Positions 63,979 to 64,000 of a DNA stretch of 64,000 nt are shown piece after piece; position 1 is the stretch's first letter, and each line of letters begins with the position of its first letter. This DNA comes from an uncultured Ruminococcus sp. (GTDB lineage Bacteria; Bacillota; Clostridia; Oscillospirales; Acutalibacteraceae): positions 487 through 64,486 of the forward strand of contig CALYBP010000005.1 of assembly GCA_944415425.1 (NCBI GenBank). Direction: 5' to 3'. The notes under the pieces were generated by a model that was not told where the DNA came from, made no database searches, and saw nothing but the letters and a program-made list of their open reading frames with translations. The position numbers were made by a program, and so were the translations under genes.

Positions 63979-64000
63979 GCTGGAACCTCCATATTATCCG

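Larger units (their letters stand above)
51165..64000. mobile_element. Integrated genomic island inserted in tRNA-Ser(CGA), right end outside the window
   Basis: tRNA 3' duplication at the left edge; change in composition and codon style; excisionase-like HTH gene, tnpV and defence-type cargo. No integrase within the window. Confidence 0.75.

Overview
Low-GC Bacillota DNA, most consistent with a gut Oscillospiraceae/Ruminococcus-like clostridium (inferred from gene content, not from a marker gene). The window has three parts. (1) 1-25.2 kb is housekeeping: three AraC regulators, a WYL regulator, transporters, a complete apbE-NusGII-Gx-rnfCDGEAB cluster, Mrp, ClC, leuCD, MATE and LOG. (2) 25.5-42.2 kb is a same-strand surface-fibre locus. 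It has seven paralogous TasA/CalY-like subunits, six with SipW-type '...AWF/AWV/SWF' signal peptides and one with an uncleaved membrane anchor, including a 1460-aa repeat and starch-binding-like adhesin. It also has two SipW peptidases. Embedded in the middle is a membrane-anchored McrB-family AAA+ NTPase paired with a DUF2357 (McrC-like) protein whose nuclease region is replaced by a long coiled coil. (3) After gltA and an acyl-CoA dehydratase activator pair, a 3' fragment of tRNA-Ser(CGA) at 51165-51220 marks the left end of an integrated island that runs past the window end. The island carries a second att remnant (tRNA-Arg CCT), a KdpDE+TrkAH (Ktr) potassium module, a small HNH gene preceded by a promoter-driven, terminator-ended, about 330-nt structured RNA, tnpV, an ATPase-DUF234 gene, a precursor/ATP-grasp/membrane-protein (graspetide-like) triplet and a restriction-endonuclease-like gene. 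The best candidates for undescribed systems are the SipW fibre locus with its McrBC-derived module, the HNH+ncRNA pair, and the graspetide/membrane-effector triplet. All family assignments come from motif recognition by eye; no database searches were run.
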